DNA of 63,936 nucleotides, filler included, from Octopus bimaculoides (lineage: Eukaryota), in assembly GCF_001194135.2 (NCBI RefSeq). It is 5 parts of 4 records of this genome, joined end to end, with 100 filler letters (N's around TTAATTAATTAA, not from the genome) between each part and the next. Parts side by side here need not be neighbours in the genome. Positions count along the whole stretch, not along the records: positions 30,953 to 42,039 come from NC_069004.1; positions 42,140 to 54,425 come from NC_068981.1; 3 more parts are not named here. One strand, written 5' to 3'. A program made the translations under genes and the position numbers. Below the pieces are notes generated by a model that ran no database searches, was not told where the DNA came from, and worked only from the letters and a program-made list of their open reading frames with translations. Shown one piece after another: positions 37,847 to 51,528 of the stretch. Numbering within the stretch: position 1 is the stretch's first letter; each line of letters opens with the position of its first letter.

Positions 37847-38929
37847 GCAATGTATGAACACGTATGTGTACGTATGCATTTATGTATGTATATATATACA
37901 CACACATATATATATACATATGTATATTCATATATATATACATATATATATATATNNNNNNNNNNNNNNNNNNNNNNNNNNNNNNNNNNNNNNNNNNNNN
38001 NNNNNNNNNNNNNNNNNNNNNNNNNNNNNNNNNNNNNNNNNNNNNNNNNNNNNNNNNNNNNNNNNNNNNNNNNNNNNNNNNNNNNNNNNNNNNNNNNNNN
38101 NNNNNNNNNNNNNNNNNNNNNNNNNNNNNNNNNNNNNNNNNNNNNNNNNNNNNNNNNNNNNNNNNNNNNNNNNNNNNNNNNNNNNNNNNNNNNNNNNNNN
38201 NNNNNNNNNNNNNNNNNNNNNNNNNNNNNNNNNNNNNNNNNNNNNNNNNNNNNNNNNNNNNNNNNNNNNNNNNNNNNNNNNNNNNNNNNNNNNNNNNNNN
38301 NNNNNNNNNNNTATATATATATGCACATATGCATATTTACACAAACAAATATACGAACATATACACTTACCCATGTCTGCGTATATGCATACCTGTATGT
38401 GTTTGTGTGTGTATGTGAATGTGCTTGCATGTGTGTGTATGCGTGAGTGTAGTGTGTGTTGTGTTTGTGTGTGTGTGTGCGTGTGCGTGCGTGCGTGTGT
38501 GTATATAGCGGAAAGAAAACAGTGGAGAAATTAAATTTTAGAGAAACGTACCAAGAGGATTAATCTTTTTTTTTAAACTGACGCCAGATAGACTTAATGG
38601 GGTGGGAAGGTTTATTGGAAAGAAGTGAACTTGTTGCTTATATTCTTAACCTTTTGAATGACGTTCATAATGTATTTTATATAAGCAGGACCTTCCAAAT
38701 CATTTTGATCTGTTAGAAGTAGCAACCAAATCCTCACGAAATCCTATTTGAATGCCTTTAAAAATGAGAGGGACACGTTAGACAATGTAGGGGTTCTTCT
38801 TTGAAATACTTTAGTGTAAAATATTGCTTGTGCATGCAGGGAGAGGTTTCATACCTAATGTTTAATATGTTGTCTGTTCATTGTATAATGTTTAATTTTT
38901 CAGTAATACAGTAATACAGACGAACTACC

Positions 38930-39232
38930 TGTTGTAAAGTGGGTTTCTCCAACTGGTGTGATGTGTGACTGCCGTTATACTGTAGCTGCGGTATTATGCT
39001 AGTAGCCACAATAGTTGCTAGTCATCGGATACCGTTGTATCTCTTCGTACCGGAATAGCAATACACTAACATCTGTCTTACTATCGCTGATAGCTTCACG
39101 AGACACCGACTAGAACTGTTGACTCTCAACTCCTCGACACTCGACCTTCTCTTGACGACTGTCTGCTGATCTATTTATAATGGCCCCGTCCTACCACTTT
39201 TTACCCGGAGGGGTAAACAATTTCACGATACA
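38930..39232 (-). mobile_element. Candidate solo LTR
   Basis: TG...CA ends, TATAAATA on the minus strand, CpG-rich. No matching TSD seen. Confidence 0.3.
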
Positions 39233-39304
39233 TCTCTCCTTTTAATCAATTTATTTAACAATCAATTCCTTATTCACTCTACCCTATTTTTTTTTATATA
39301 TTCT

Positions 39305-39712
39305 TTTCTTTCTTTTATTCTTTTGCTTGTTTCAGTCATTTGACTGCGGCCATGCTGGATCACCGCCTTTAGTCGAGCAAATCGACCCCAGGACTTATTC
39401 TTTGTAAGCCTAGTACTTATTCTATCGTTTTCTTTTGCCGAACCGCTAAGTTACAGGGACGTAAACACACCACCATCGGTTATCAAGCGATGTTGGGGGA
39501 ACAAACACAGACACACATACACACAAACATATATATATATACATATATACGACAGGCTTCTTTCAGTTTCCGTCTACCAAATCCACTCACAAGGCTTTGG
39601 TCATCCCGAGGCTATAGTAAAAGACACTTGCCCAAGGTGCCACGCAGTGGGAATGAACCCGGAACCATGTGGTTGGTAAGCAAGCTACTTACCACAAAGC
39701 CACTCCTGCGCT
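39305..39712 (-). mobile_element. SINE family A, full-length
   Basis: tRNA-like head (gcaggagtggctttgtggtaag..ggttccgggttcattccc), internal microsatellite, core and tail. Confidence 0.88.
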
Positions 39713-41614
39713 TAAAGAATTAACGATGCGAATATCTTTTCTTCTTAAGATCTACTTTTAGGCATTCAGTGTTCTTCCTTTTCCTTGGACTTGTGGTTTC
39801 GACTTCTTGTAACAGTGTTAGAACCTGGAAAAGTGTCATATAGCCAATCCATCGGTGTTTCTACTATAGTTGGTTCCTTTTCTATGATTCTTTTCTTAAG
39901 CTGATTTCTATGTCTCCTTTCCATTTTATTTCTGCTTCTTACACCATACATCATTCTTCCAACGTATATTACAATTTATCCTTCTTGCCATTTTTGTACA
40001 TTCTTACATATACCTTCTCACCGATTCTAAAGAATTTTGGAATGTCTTTACTAGCACGTATCCTTTTCTTCAACATATTGAGTTTCAGTAATTAGACTGC
40101 AGCCATGGTAGGGCACAGCGTTGAATAATCTTTTAGTCGAATGAATCGATTTTTACCCATTTTTTAAGATCTGGTACTTATTTTATCTTAATCTTTTGCC
40201 GAACCGCTAGATAACGNNNNNNNNNNNNNNNNNNNNNNNNNNNNNNNNNNNNNNNNNNNNNNNNNNNNNNNNNNNNNNNNNNNNNNNNNNNNNNNNNNNN
40301 NNNNNNNNNNNNNNNNNNNNNNNNNNNNNNNNNNNNNNNNNNNNNNNNNNNNNNNNNNNNNNNNNNNNNNNNNNNNNNNNNNNNNNNNNNNNNNNNNNNN
40401 NNNNNNNNNNNNNNNNNNNNNNNNNNNNNNNNNNNNNNNNNNNNNNNNNNNNNNNNNNNNNNNNNNNNNNNNNNNNNNNNNNNNNNNNNNNNNNNNNNNN
40501 NNNNNNNNNNNNNNNNNNNNNNNNNNNNNNNNNNNNNNNNNNNNNNNNNNNNNNNNNNNNNNNNNNNNNNNNNNNNNNNNNNNNNNNNNNNNNNNNNNNN
40601 NNNNNNNNNNNNNNNNNNNNNNNNNNNNNNNNNNNNNNNNNNNNNNNNNNNNNNNNNNNNNNNNNNNNNNNNNNNNNNNNNNNNNNNNNNNNNNNNNNNN
40701 NNNNNNNNNNNNNNNNNNNNNNNNNNNNNNNNNNNNNNNNNNNNNNNNNNNNNNNNNNNNNNNNNNNNNNNNNNNNNNNNNNNNNNNNNNNNNNNNNNNN
40801 NNNNNNNNNNNNNNNNNNNNNNNNNNNNNNNNNNNNNNNNNNNNNNNNNNNNNNNNNNNNNNNNNNNNNNNNNNNNNNNNNNNNNNNNNNNNNNNNNNNN
40901 NNNNNNNNNNNNNNNNNNNNNNNTACTCCCTTCTAAATTCATGACTAAGTCAAAATCAGAAACTATTGAAAGCTGATGAACTGGGAGGATTGCTTGAGTG
41001 GGGGTGGGGGGGGAGAATGCTTTGTCGTTTTGGCGCCGGCTGTTTACATTCTGAGTTCAAATCCAGCCGAAATTAATGTCCCAGTACTGGAGGCACTATA
41101 ATCGACAAACTCTTATCCCCTTAAAATGTTTGACATTGTGCCAAAATTATGAAGCAAGTGTTACTGATTGGCGAAATCGTTGACCCTTTAGCATTCAGAT
41201 TATTCTATCAAATGTAATCCTTATTTATTCACATTGTTTTGAATTTATCATGCATTATCTCGTAGCTTTGAGATTTCGACAATGTGATTCTTTATTTTCA
41301 AAATGACATTGTAGGATAGGTGTCATAGGCCTGATCTGGCCAGTCTGGACATAAAACAGATAGAATATTTGGGTTTGACGTGGCCGGGTCGAATATTAAA
41401 GGGTTAAAACCGTGAGTAAAAAAGCTTTGCAGTATTTCTTCCGCTGCTTTACATTCTGCAGACTTTGGAACACTCTTCCATTTCATTGTTTTCTCCTCCT
41501 TCTTATGACACGAGTCTAAAGTAAATTCACTCCTTTCCTCTTAATTACTCTTGCTTCATAATCCCTTTCATTAAGCGTGTTCTCGCATGGTTTGTGACTT
41601 TCTAATAAAAAGAA

Positions 41615-41848
41615 GTTCTTATTTCTTTAATGCCCACAAGGAGCTACACACAGAAGGGACAAACAAGGACAAACAAACGGATTAAGTCGATTATATCGAC
41701 CCCAGTGCGTAACTGGTACTTAATTAATCGACTCCGAAAGAATGAAAGGCAAAGTCGACCTCGGTGGAATTTGAACTCAGAACGTAACGGCAGACAAAAT
41801 ACCGCTAAGCATTTCGCCCGGCGTGCTTACGTTTCTGCCAGCCCGCCT
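41615..41848 (-). mobile_element. SINE family B, CpG-intact copy
   Basis: Aligns end to end with 7320-7549. Confidence 0.88.
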
Positions 41849-42039
41849 TTCTAATAAAAAGAAGTTCTGTCGACGTCAACTTTTCCTATCATCATTTCAT
41901 GGTCGATAAAATAAAATATCAATCAAGTGTTGGGATCAATGCTATCGACTAAACACCACTTTCCTCAAACTTACTGATCTTATATCTAAATCAGAAACCA
42001 TTAATAAAAAGAAGGGCAAAAGATTTTACGAATATTTTG

Positions 42040-42139
42040 NNNNNNNNNNNNNNNNNNNNNNNNNNNNNNNNNNNNNNNNNNNNTTAATTAATTAANNNNN
42101 NNNNNNNNNNNNNNNNNNNNNNNNNNNNNNNNNNNNNNN
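42040..42139. other. Artificial scaffold-join spacer
   Basis: N44-TTAATTAATTAA-N44. Confidence 0.95.
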
Positions 42140-42167
42140 ATGGAAACTGAAAGAAGCCAATCATATA

Positions 42168-43005
42168 CAGGCTGACCATAAATCTTGGGTGCATAAACGA
42201 AAATGCATATTATCAAGAATTTTATTCATCTCCATTAATGAAGAACCTTTTCCACCATTATTGATGCAAAGTTCTGTGTATTTTGCGAGATTTTTGTGAA
42301 CCCAATGCAGTAACTGTATAGCTTAGTCCGTTTGAGACTATACACGGACGGGATGCCGAATACACTTTTGCTGAAAGACAAGAAGCCGAAAAGACATACT
42401 ATGATTAAAATTTAATCTCGTTAAATCTTAAGTGCTAAATTGGTAAATTGGTCATTAAACTATGTAGGTAAGTATGTTTTTTTGTTTTTTGTTTTTTTTG
42501 CTATTGTGTCTGTTCGGCTTTACGTTCGTTCGGCATTGTGCCCGTCTATTCGGCTTCTTGTCCTTCAGAAAAAGTGCATTCGGCATCCTGTCTACGTACG
42601 CATTCATGATGTGTTCCTTCATATGGTTCCTCTCTGAGATTTTCATTGAGTACACCGTCTCCTTCAGTGTATCCCAGAAAAAGAAATCAACGAAACTCTG
42701 ATGAGCAAGGAACCCATTTCACAAGAATATTGGTTTCAAAATATTTGGCACGAGGTCATCGATTTCAGTGGAGGGTGTAAATCGATTACATTAACCCCAG
42801 TGCACAACTGGTACTTATTTTATCGACCCTGAAAGGGTAAAAGGATAAAATCGACATCGCTGAAATTTGAGCTCAGAACCCGAATACGGGCGATATGCCG
42901 CTAAGCGTTTTGTCCGGCATTCAAACGATTCTGCCAGCTCGCCGCCTTTTGTCCACAACAATATTACTGATATTTTCCATGTCTCCACACTTTATGTTCA
43001 CCCTG
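42168..43005 (-). mobile_element. Deleted Tc1/mariner-superfamily element containing a MITE and a SINE
   Basis: TA|CAGGCTGACCATAAA...TTTATGTTCACCCTG|TA. Transposase remnant DFFFWDTLKETVYS..MKEHIMNAY..LCINNGG, cf. the WPxxSPDLxPxDFFLWGxLKxxVY motif. Confidence 0.75.
42347..42592. mobile_element. MITE with about 50-bp TIRs, nested in the mariner-like element
   Basis: gacgggatgccgaatacacttttgctgaaagacaagaagccgaa versus the reverse complement gacaggatgccgaatgcactttttctgaaggacaagaagccgaa. Confidence 0.75.
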
Positions 43006-44192
43006 TATAATACTCAATACTTTAGGGAGTAGAGCGTGTTATATTCCTTAATTGGTAACCTATGCAAAGTTAAAGGTTTCGGTGGTGTGATTATATGCCC
43101 GTAACTTAACGGTTCGACAAAAAAGATTTTAAAAAGTACCGAACTTAAGAAAAACTAAATAATGGGCTTAGTTTATTCACCAAATATTCTTCCAGGCGGT
43201 GCTACAGCATGACCCATAGTCTAATGACTAAAGCAAGTAAAATATAAAAGATTTGTGTTTATNNNNNNNNNNTATATATATATATGCATATATATACACC
43301 CACACGCACATATGTGTGTGTGTGTATATAGTTTATGGTTCCGTTAGGGTCAACATAAAATAGGGACTCCATCCAACAGAGATAAATATCATTTAATGTA
43401 CTCTGTATTACAGTAAGAGCTACCAATAGTTTCTTGCTATTAAGACACGTGGTTAGGCAGGTTTTTATAACGTGCTTTATGCCTCCAAGCAATATTGAGG
43501 TTGTGAGCCCATGTTTTGTTCCATTTTAAAATCAGGACGCAGCAACACGAGAAACCACGTGTAAGAAACGAGAAGTTTGACGCAAACACTTAAATGATAA
43601 AACAAAGAGTAAATAAAAATGGAAAAGGAAAGAAGGAAAAGACAGCAAATCTGAGTTACGTCTTCTTTGACTGAAGAAGTTATAATTAAACAAGTTGTAA
43701 AATAATTGAATGGAGATGAGTCCAAAGTCTGCGAGACAGCTGCTCGATCCGGAGAGGGTTCTGTCCTTCAGTCCACCAAAAGATATTTGCCCATATACTT
43801 GCATTTACTGAAGATCTCAGATCTGGGATTATGTAGTGGAATTCTTACATTTAAAAAACATGTCACCTTTCAGCTACGCATAAGCTGTATTCCTTAGATC
43901 TCATATATAATGTTTGTCAATATAAATATGTGCGAGCGTGTGTATGTGTGTGTGTGTGTGCATGCGTACGTGCGGGAGTGTGTGGTACGTCCCAATTGTA
44001 AAAGGTTGAGTTAAAATACTTCGATGAACTGAGATTATCTGGGTAATCAGTTGATAAAAACTCCCCTGTGGGAGGTTTTCGAAATATATGACATAACAGT
44101 TAAGAGAAATAATTATATTAAAATTGTTTGGTGGATGTTTGTGGGGCAACATTACACAGAGTAGACTGATGTGATTCTGGTTCTGTAAATTA

Positions 44193-44232
<40 letters not shown>

Positions 44233-44432
44233 AATCTCTGCTAAAATCTGTCGGTGTCAGTGGATTGTCTTCGATAATGGTATCTGTTGAGATCAATGGA
44301 ATCTTCTACAAAAAGTGACGCACTGGATTTGATAAATCCAAGCAGAAAATTCTTCAGTTTTCGTTATTTTTCTAGTCGCTAACGCTTTTAAAGATTAATT
44401 TTTTTTACAATAAAATTTTTTATCGTTAAGAC

Positions 44433-44487
<55 letters not shown>

Positions 44488-44489
<2 letters not shown>

Positions 44490-44680
44490 CATGAATGTTG
44501 TGAGTAAAGAAGTTGAAAAAGTGGAAATGGCAAAACTATATTGGAACACGAGAGGTTAATGTAAAAGTGATACCAGGGGTGATCGGAGCGTTGGGCTCAA
44601 TCCCATTGAAACTTCAAGACTTCTAAAGGCAACTGGAAATCCCATGCAAGATTGATGTTTTGCAAAAAGCAGCCTTATCG
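44488..44680 (+). mobile_element. RLE retrotransposon 3' fragment directly after (TAA)n (44429-44487)
   Basis: DMNVVSKEVEKVE..NVKVIPGVIGALGSIPLKLQDF*RQLEIPCKIDVLQKAAL. Confidence 0.75.
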
Positions 44681-45244
44681 GTCCAAAGAAACCGGTCCTC
44701 ATGAGCAGCATGGCTCGAGAAGAAGACATTCATTTTATGGCAAAAATGTACGGTAATATCGATAGACACACTATTAATTTCTAACTTTAGAAAATGGTAT
44801 ACAAATACAGTACAGTACCCCTATAATCCTATGAACAATAGGTCAAATCAACAAAGTATACCAACAATCCGTAACAATAGGATGTAAAGATCTGATTTTT
44901 GGAATGTTATATGAAGTTTACTCCGATAGACCTATAGGCTCAAACATAGTTTACCAACAGTTTAAAACAATAGGTTACATTAATCAAGCTTTAGGAATGG
45001 TATAGATATTGAATCCCCTTATAGAAAATAAGCTAAATCTATTGACTATAACCTGTCTTTAAACCAATCTTAAAAACAATTCTCAATCACAAGATATTGA
45101 ACACACATTTGACATTCGGAACAGTGCACTTATTGACTTATAGGCTATGCCTTTGGTTTATACATATAGTTATAGATAATTCCCAATAAGAAAATTACTA
45201 TCTGTAAATCTCACAACGAGTGATATTCAGCAACAGTACTTTGT

Positions 45245-45630
45245 AGTAAAGATTATTTGCCAACATAACATGGCAGTCCTGGTTTAGGACGAATGTTGCT
45301 GTAATTTAGCTCCAGGAGACATCGTTTCCAGCTGGCTATACGACACGAGCTGAGTCCTTATATTTTCGAACAAGGGAGTCTAGCACCTCCACTCTGTTCA
45401 AAACAATACCTGTCTATTGTTTTGTGCTGATGAAGGGAAATAACCCGGATATCGCGATGCACAGATATTGTTTTGAGCTGAGTTGGGGATGCTAGATTCC
45501 GTTGTTTGAAAATATAAGGACACAGATCGTGTCGTATAGCCAGTTGGAAACGATGTCTCCTGGGGCTAAATTGCAGCAACATTCGTCCTAAACCAGAACT
45601 GCCATGTTATGTTGGCAAATAATCTTTACT
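45245..45630. mobile_element. Foldback element / MITE with about 165-bp inverted arms
   Basis: 45245 to about 45409 is the reverse complement of about 45467-45630, with about 13 mismatches by eye. Confidence 0.9.
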
Positions 45631-46227
45631 CCAATTCCCAATAAGCTGTGAAAATCAATAAATCGACGTAGATAATATCTGATAACCAGGTTAGTTCTAA
45701 AGAGAAGCTGTTGACTAAATAAATTCTGTAAGCTGAAGAAGAGTGAGAGGTAGTGAGGAGGGAGGGAGGAGGAGTATGTGTGTGTTTGAATGAGAGAATG
45801 AGCGAGTGTGCGTGTGAGAGTGAGAATGTTAGTGAGTGAGTGGGAGAGAGAGTGTGTTAGTGACTAAATAAGAATGCGAGTGAATGAGCGACAGTGAGTG
45901 AGAATGAGGGAAAGAGAGAGGGGGGGGAGAGAATTCAAGGTGCGGTGTATGAAGAAGAAGCTGGACAAGTATGATTGAGAGAATGTGAACGAGGTCGGTA
46001 ATGTTTAAAATCCCGGAACTAGCAGCCATTTTGTAGTTTGTTTACATCTGTTTAGTGGAGATAATAATTAATGAGATCACCATCAGCTTGTAAAGACGGC
46101 ATGTCGGGAATAAAATCAGGAGAGCTTGAGACAGACAACCGGAGAACTGGCACGGCGGCGGACTTCAATATGGCTCGATGCGAGGGTCATCCAGTGTCTA
46201 AATCTCTGTATGTGTGTGTGAGTGTGT

Positions 46228-46259
<32 letters not shown>

Positions 46260-46800
46260 ACTCAATAACGAGCTCAGTAGCACTCATTGATATACAGGTC
46301 CCATTGGTTTCATGTAAGTTGGGTCTATTATAGCTTTACAACACGATATTAGTTACGATCGTCAGGCCTGGCTGATGATTGTAACAAACATCGTGTTGGG
46401 AAACACCCAGGTACGTAGTCGTTCCTACGCCTTACATGAAGCCAATGGGTCTGTACTTTTATTGTTGCGTTGTATTTAGTATATAATAAATAACTTAATC
46501 TTCATGGAAACTATACGTATACAATGCAATACACACATTCATGTGTGTGTGTTTATGGTTATATGAATGTGTGTATATATACAGACACACACACACACAA
46601 ACACACAAACACACACACACACAAACACACACATAAGACAGATGTGCCAGAAGCACACAAAGCATGTGAGTCTGTGGATGTATATGCATATAAGAGGTAT
46701 TTTGCGCGAGAACACAGCGCATCGCCCGGTCTGAGAACCGAAACCATAGTCTTACGATCGCGGTTGTAACATCCCAACCGTTAAATCACAAGTCTCTCTC

Positions 46801-46863
<63 letters not shown>

Positions 46864-46959
46864 CCCTCTCTCTCCCTCTCTAAACACACACACACATACT
46901 ACTACTATTACTAGTAATACTACTACGATTATAGTTGCTGCTGCTGCTGCTGCTACTAT

Positions 46960-46995
<36 letters not shown>

Positions 46996-47436
46996 AGTAA
47001 TCTAAGTAGTATTTAAGTGGACGATGTGTTTTCGATGTTCGACATCAGTAAGAGAGAGAGGAGGGGGAAAGACAGACAGACAGACAGAGAGGGGATGACA
47101 GAGAGAAAAGAGAGAAGAGAAGGGTGACAGAGAAAGAGTGGGGGGTGCTATTAAAGTGCCACAAACGGTAACATAGCGAAGGTGAAGAAAGATTAACTGT
47201 GGCAAGTTGTTGTGCTGAGTATGGTAAATGGTGGCGGAGGTGGATGGTAGGTAGTTTTGTCGTGGTGGTGGTGGTGGTGGGGGTGACGGCAGTAACGGAA
47301 GAGTAGATTTGGTTTTAAAAAAACCTTGTCGAAATATAAGCTTGTATGTGCGGGAGTGTGCGCGTCATTTTGTATGTTTTGTGAGCAAGCATCTCCGTAT
47401 GAAATCCCGCGTTGTATAACAGTGCGCAGGCGCGTG

Positions 47437-47491
<55 letters not shown>

Positions 47492-48359
47492 TTCGTTTTT
47501 GTATATGTTTTGGGGGCAAGCTTCTTCGTATAAACTTGCTTGTTGTAGGACAGCAAGAGGACGCATTTGTTCACATGTGCAGAGAGGCACGGGTTCTTTA
47601 GCAAAAGTGAGCAGCCTGTTCTGAGCTTCGAATCAGAGAAGACTGTCTCCATTTGATGTAAAAATGCATTTGTCCGCCCTAATAAAGGTTTTATGTCTTG
47701 TGACAGANNNNNNNNNNNNNNNNNNNNNNNNNNNNNNNNNNNNNNNNNNNNNNNNNNNNNNNNNNNNNNNNNNNNNNNNNNNNNNNNNNNNNNNNNNNNN
47801 NNNNNNNNNNTATATACTGTTCATTTTCTCTCTCATCCTTTCTCTAATTCCCATTTTCTCCCCTTCACTGTTTTCTATGTGCCTCTCTCTCTCTCTCTCT
47901 TTCGCTCCCTCTTTCTCCTGTTCTCTCCCTCGTTACTCGCACGTGACCATCGTCCATCTTTCTTTTCCTCACGTAATCATCTTTCTTTTCTTTCAGGACA
48001 GTCCTAATGACTGCACATATCCTATCTCTCTCTTTTCTATCATTTTTCTCTTTTCAAAGAAAATATTTCTCCAGCTTTCGCTATTTTCCCCTCGTTCAGG
48101 TCTAACGACCCTCCATATCTGTTTTCGTTCGGTTTCCTTATATGTCTCCACTGTCCTATTTTTGTTACCAACTTTGACCCTCCATCAATCCAAAATATTT
48201 TTTGGTACTTATGGGAGCAACTATCTTCGAAGACTCAATTTGTCGTTCAATGCTCCAAATGAGGAGTAGATAGACAGCCGACAACTGATGACGGATCGTT
48301 CTTTATGTTACTTGTCCTGTTTTCATTTTGTTTCTCTCTTTGTTTGCGTACATACATAC

Positions 48360-48390
<31 letters not shown>

Positions 48391-49288
48391 TATGTATNNN
48401 NNNNNNNNNNNNNNNNNNNNNNNNNNNNNNNNNNNNNNNNNNNNNNNNNNNNNNNNNNNNNNNNNNNNNNNNNNNNNNNNNNNNNNNNNNNNNNNNNNNN
48501 NNNNNNNNNNNNNNNNNNNNNNNNNNNNNNNNNNNNNNNNNNNNNNNNNNNNNNNNNNNNNNNNNNNNNNNNNNNNNNNNNNNNNNNNNNNNNNNNNNNN
48601 NNNNNNNNNNNNNNNNNNNNNNNNNNGGTGTCTGTGAGTGTGTGTGAGTTCGCGTTTCTCTAGTTTTATTTATTACTATTGTTTCTACAAAGAGGGACCT
48701 AATTTCCAACAAGCAAAAACTTTCTGATTGCAGTTGGGATAACAATTACAATAAATGTTACATAAATATCGAACTTTAAGAAAGTTTTATATATTGTTAC
48801 TGTTCCACTTACAGATCAAAAATTGCCCTAAAAATTGTTTTCCAGAAGAGCATAAGAGATGCAACGAAGGCTCTTATATGGCTACAGAGTCTTATGAGGG
48901 ATCAGCAAGTATACCAGCAAGTAGGTGTGAACATGGTATGGTTTGCTTACCAGAAAGAGCTAAACTGTTTTTGCTACACGTGGATCTTGAAATCGTTAGA
49001 ATTAAGTTAGAGGCGGACAATAATAAAGTGATACATTCAAGTGATGTCGTCATGAATAAATTGTAAACGGTTTTGTAAGCACAGAGAAAATAAGAAACTC
49101 TCACAGATGATTCCATCTCAATTAGAAGAGGATTGTTGCAAGAGAACTTCCTCGCGCTCTCAGTTACTTTTGCGTCTAGCACTAACACCATCAGTCAACA
49201 TGTTAAACCGAATCAGAAGCGAATATAAGTGCCATGATTGTATATACTCATCCCATTTTATACATGGACTAACTCAACTCACACACAC

Positions 49289-49322
<34 letters not shown>

Positions 49323-49943
49323 CAGCCCTTCAATTCTTAAAGCGTCAAGGTGGAATGTTTCGCGGGTCTCCTTTCTTGCTCTTTTGATTTGCTGAGATGA
49401 AAAATTAAATCGATTGCCTGTTCTAACAACACACCTTGGCCCTTGGCTGACTTTAGTGAAGTTCGCGTTGTTGCAAATATTCGGGCCAAATTTCCTATTT
49501 TAGGGACAGTGTCCCATTTTGTTCGCAATAGCCTTGGAAACACCGGGAAAAAATTAACATGCGTAGTCTCTACCCCCACCTCATAACACGGTGGTAACAT
49601 TTTGAGAACATATTTCTGCATTGGCTACAACCAGCAATGAAGTAGACCGCAGTTGATGACTGGTATTTTAGTTTAGCAATCCTGAAAGGATAAAGAGTGA
49701 AGTCACGCTTATTGAATGCTGAACTCAAAACGGAAAATGATTCTAACTAAATACCACAAGGCATTTTCTTTGACTCCCGAACGCTCATGTCAAAACACAA
49801 TTTCACTGCTATTTATACTACAAGTACCACCAACACTAATTTTAAAATAGAAACTGCTAGACAACCGAAGTTGCGGGATACAATTTGATTTCAAGTAATC
49901 CGATAGTGGCAGAAAAACAACGGGTTGCTGAGTGAAGCCAAAC

Positions 49944-50013
<70 letters not shown>

Positions 50014-50831
50014 CGTTTGTAAAACGATTTAGCTCGGTGAGTAGTTGAATGAATTTTCAAGTGGGTGAGTAATTTAATAAATGTTTATTTGAGAGAGAGT
50101 GAAATTAATAGACAAATTATGATTTAAACCAGCAACACGCATGCACACACACGAGTATATATGTGTATGTGTGTGTCTGTGTGGTGTGTGTGTGGGAAAA
50201 GCTTTCCTTTTGGCATGTTTCCTTAAATACACGACTATGTTCAAGTTCTTTATTTTACATTTTTCATATTTTCTTAATGGCGTTTTACAGTCAGTTTGAA
50301 ACAGTAGTAGATATCCTAAATCCATATCCGAGGTTTCTAGAACTTCGCAGTCTCATTTTAAAGAACTTATGCTTAAATATGTATGTCATTTGTATTGATG
50401 TTTATATATTCACTGAAATCGTGTATATATATATGCATTATTGTGCGCGCGCGATTGTGTGTCTGTGTTTGTGCGTGCGTATGTGTGTATGTGTGTGTGT
50501 GTGTGTGGACTTGCGTTTATTTTAATTGATTCATCCACAGTAAATTCAACAACAAACTAATTTATTTATTCAACATGTACTAATGACATTGTAAAGTTTA
50601 TTTATTCTTATTTATGTCAAGTTATTTATGACACACGCGAACGCACAGGTAGATGCCCACATGTATACACACACACTTAACACTATGTGTATTATATATT
50701 TATATCTCTCTCCTCTCTTTCTCTCTCTCTTTCTGTGAGTTTGGGTAGGGTTGCAGGTGTATACACAAGGAACAGCTGATTGCAAATAAAGTATGCTTCT
50801 ATGTGTTTGTGTGCATGACTATGTACATACA

Positions 50832-50871
<40 letters not shown>

Positions 50872-51462
50872 TACATATACATATATACATACATACATAT
50901 ATATATATATTTATATATACATACATATATGAATACATATACATGAATATATATATATATATATAAATATATAGGGAAAAATATAAATATATATTCATAC
51001 ATATATATNNNNNNNNNNNNNNNNNNNNNNNNNNNNNNNNNNNNNNNNNNNNNNNNNNNNNNNNNNNNNNNNNNNNNNNNNNNNNNNNNNNNNNNNNNNN
51101 NNNNNNNNNNNNNNNNNNNNNNNNNNNNNNNNNNNNNNNNNNNNNNNNNNNNNNNNNNNNNNNNNNNNNNNNNNNNNNNNNNNNNNNNNNNNNNNNNNNN
51201 NNNNNNNNNNNNNNNNNNNNNNNNNNNNNNNNNNNNNNNNNNNNNNNNNNNNNNNNNNNNNNNNNNNNNNNNNNNNNNNNNNNNNNNNNNNNNNNNNNNN
51301 NNNNNNNNNNNNNNNNNNNNNNNNNNNNNNNNNNNNNNNNNNNNNNNNNNNNNNNNNNNNNNNNNNNNTATATATATATATACGTACATATACATACAAT
51401 CGCACCCATACATCAATCCTAGTCTATGAGAGCCTCATAGCAAAACATATTTTCCATCATCA

Positions 51463-51528
<66 letters not shown>

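Noticed and set aside
43700-43804. CLADFGL as a kinase DFG motif
   Set aside because: No upstream HRD/catalytic loop in any frame and no exon boundaries.
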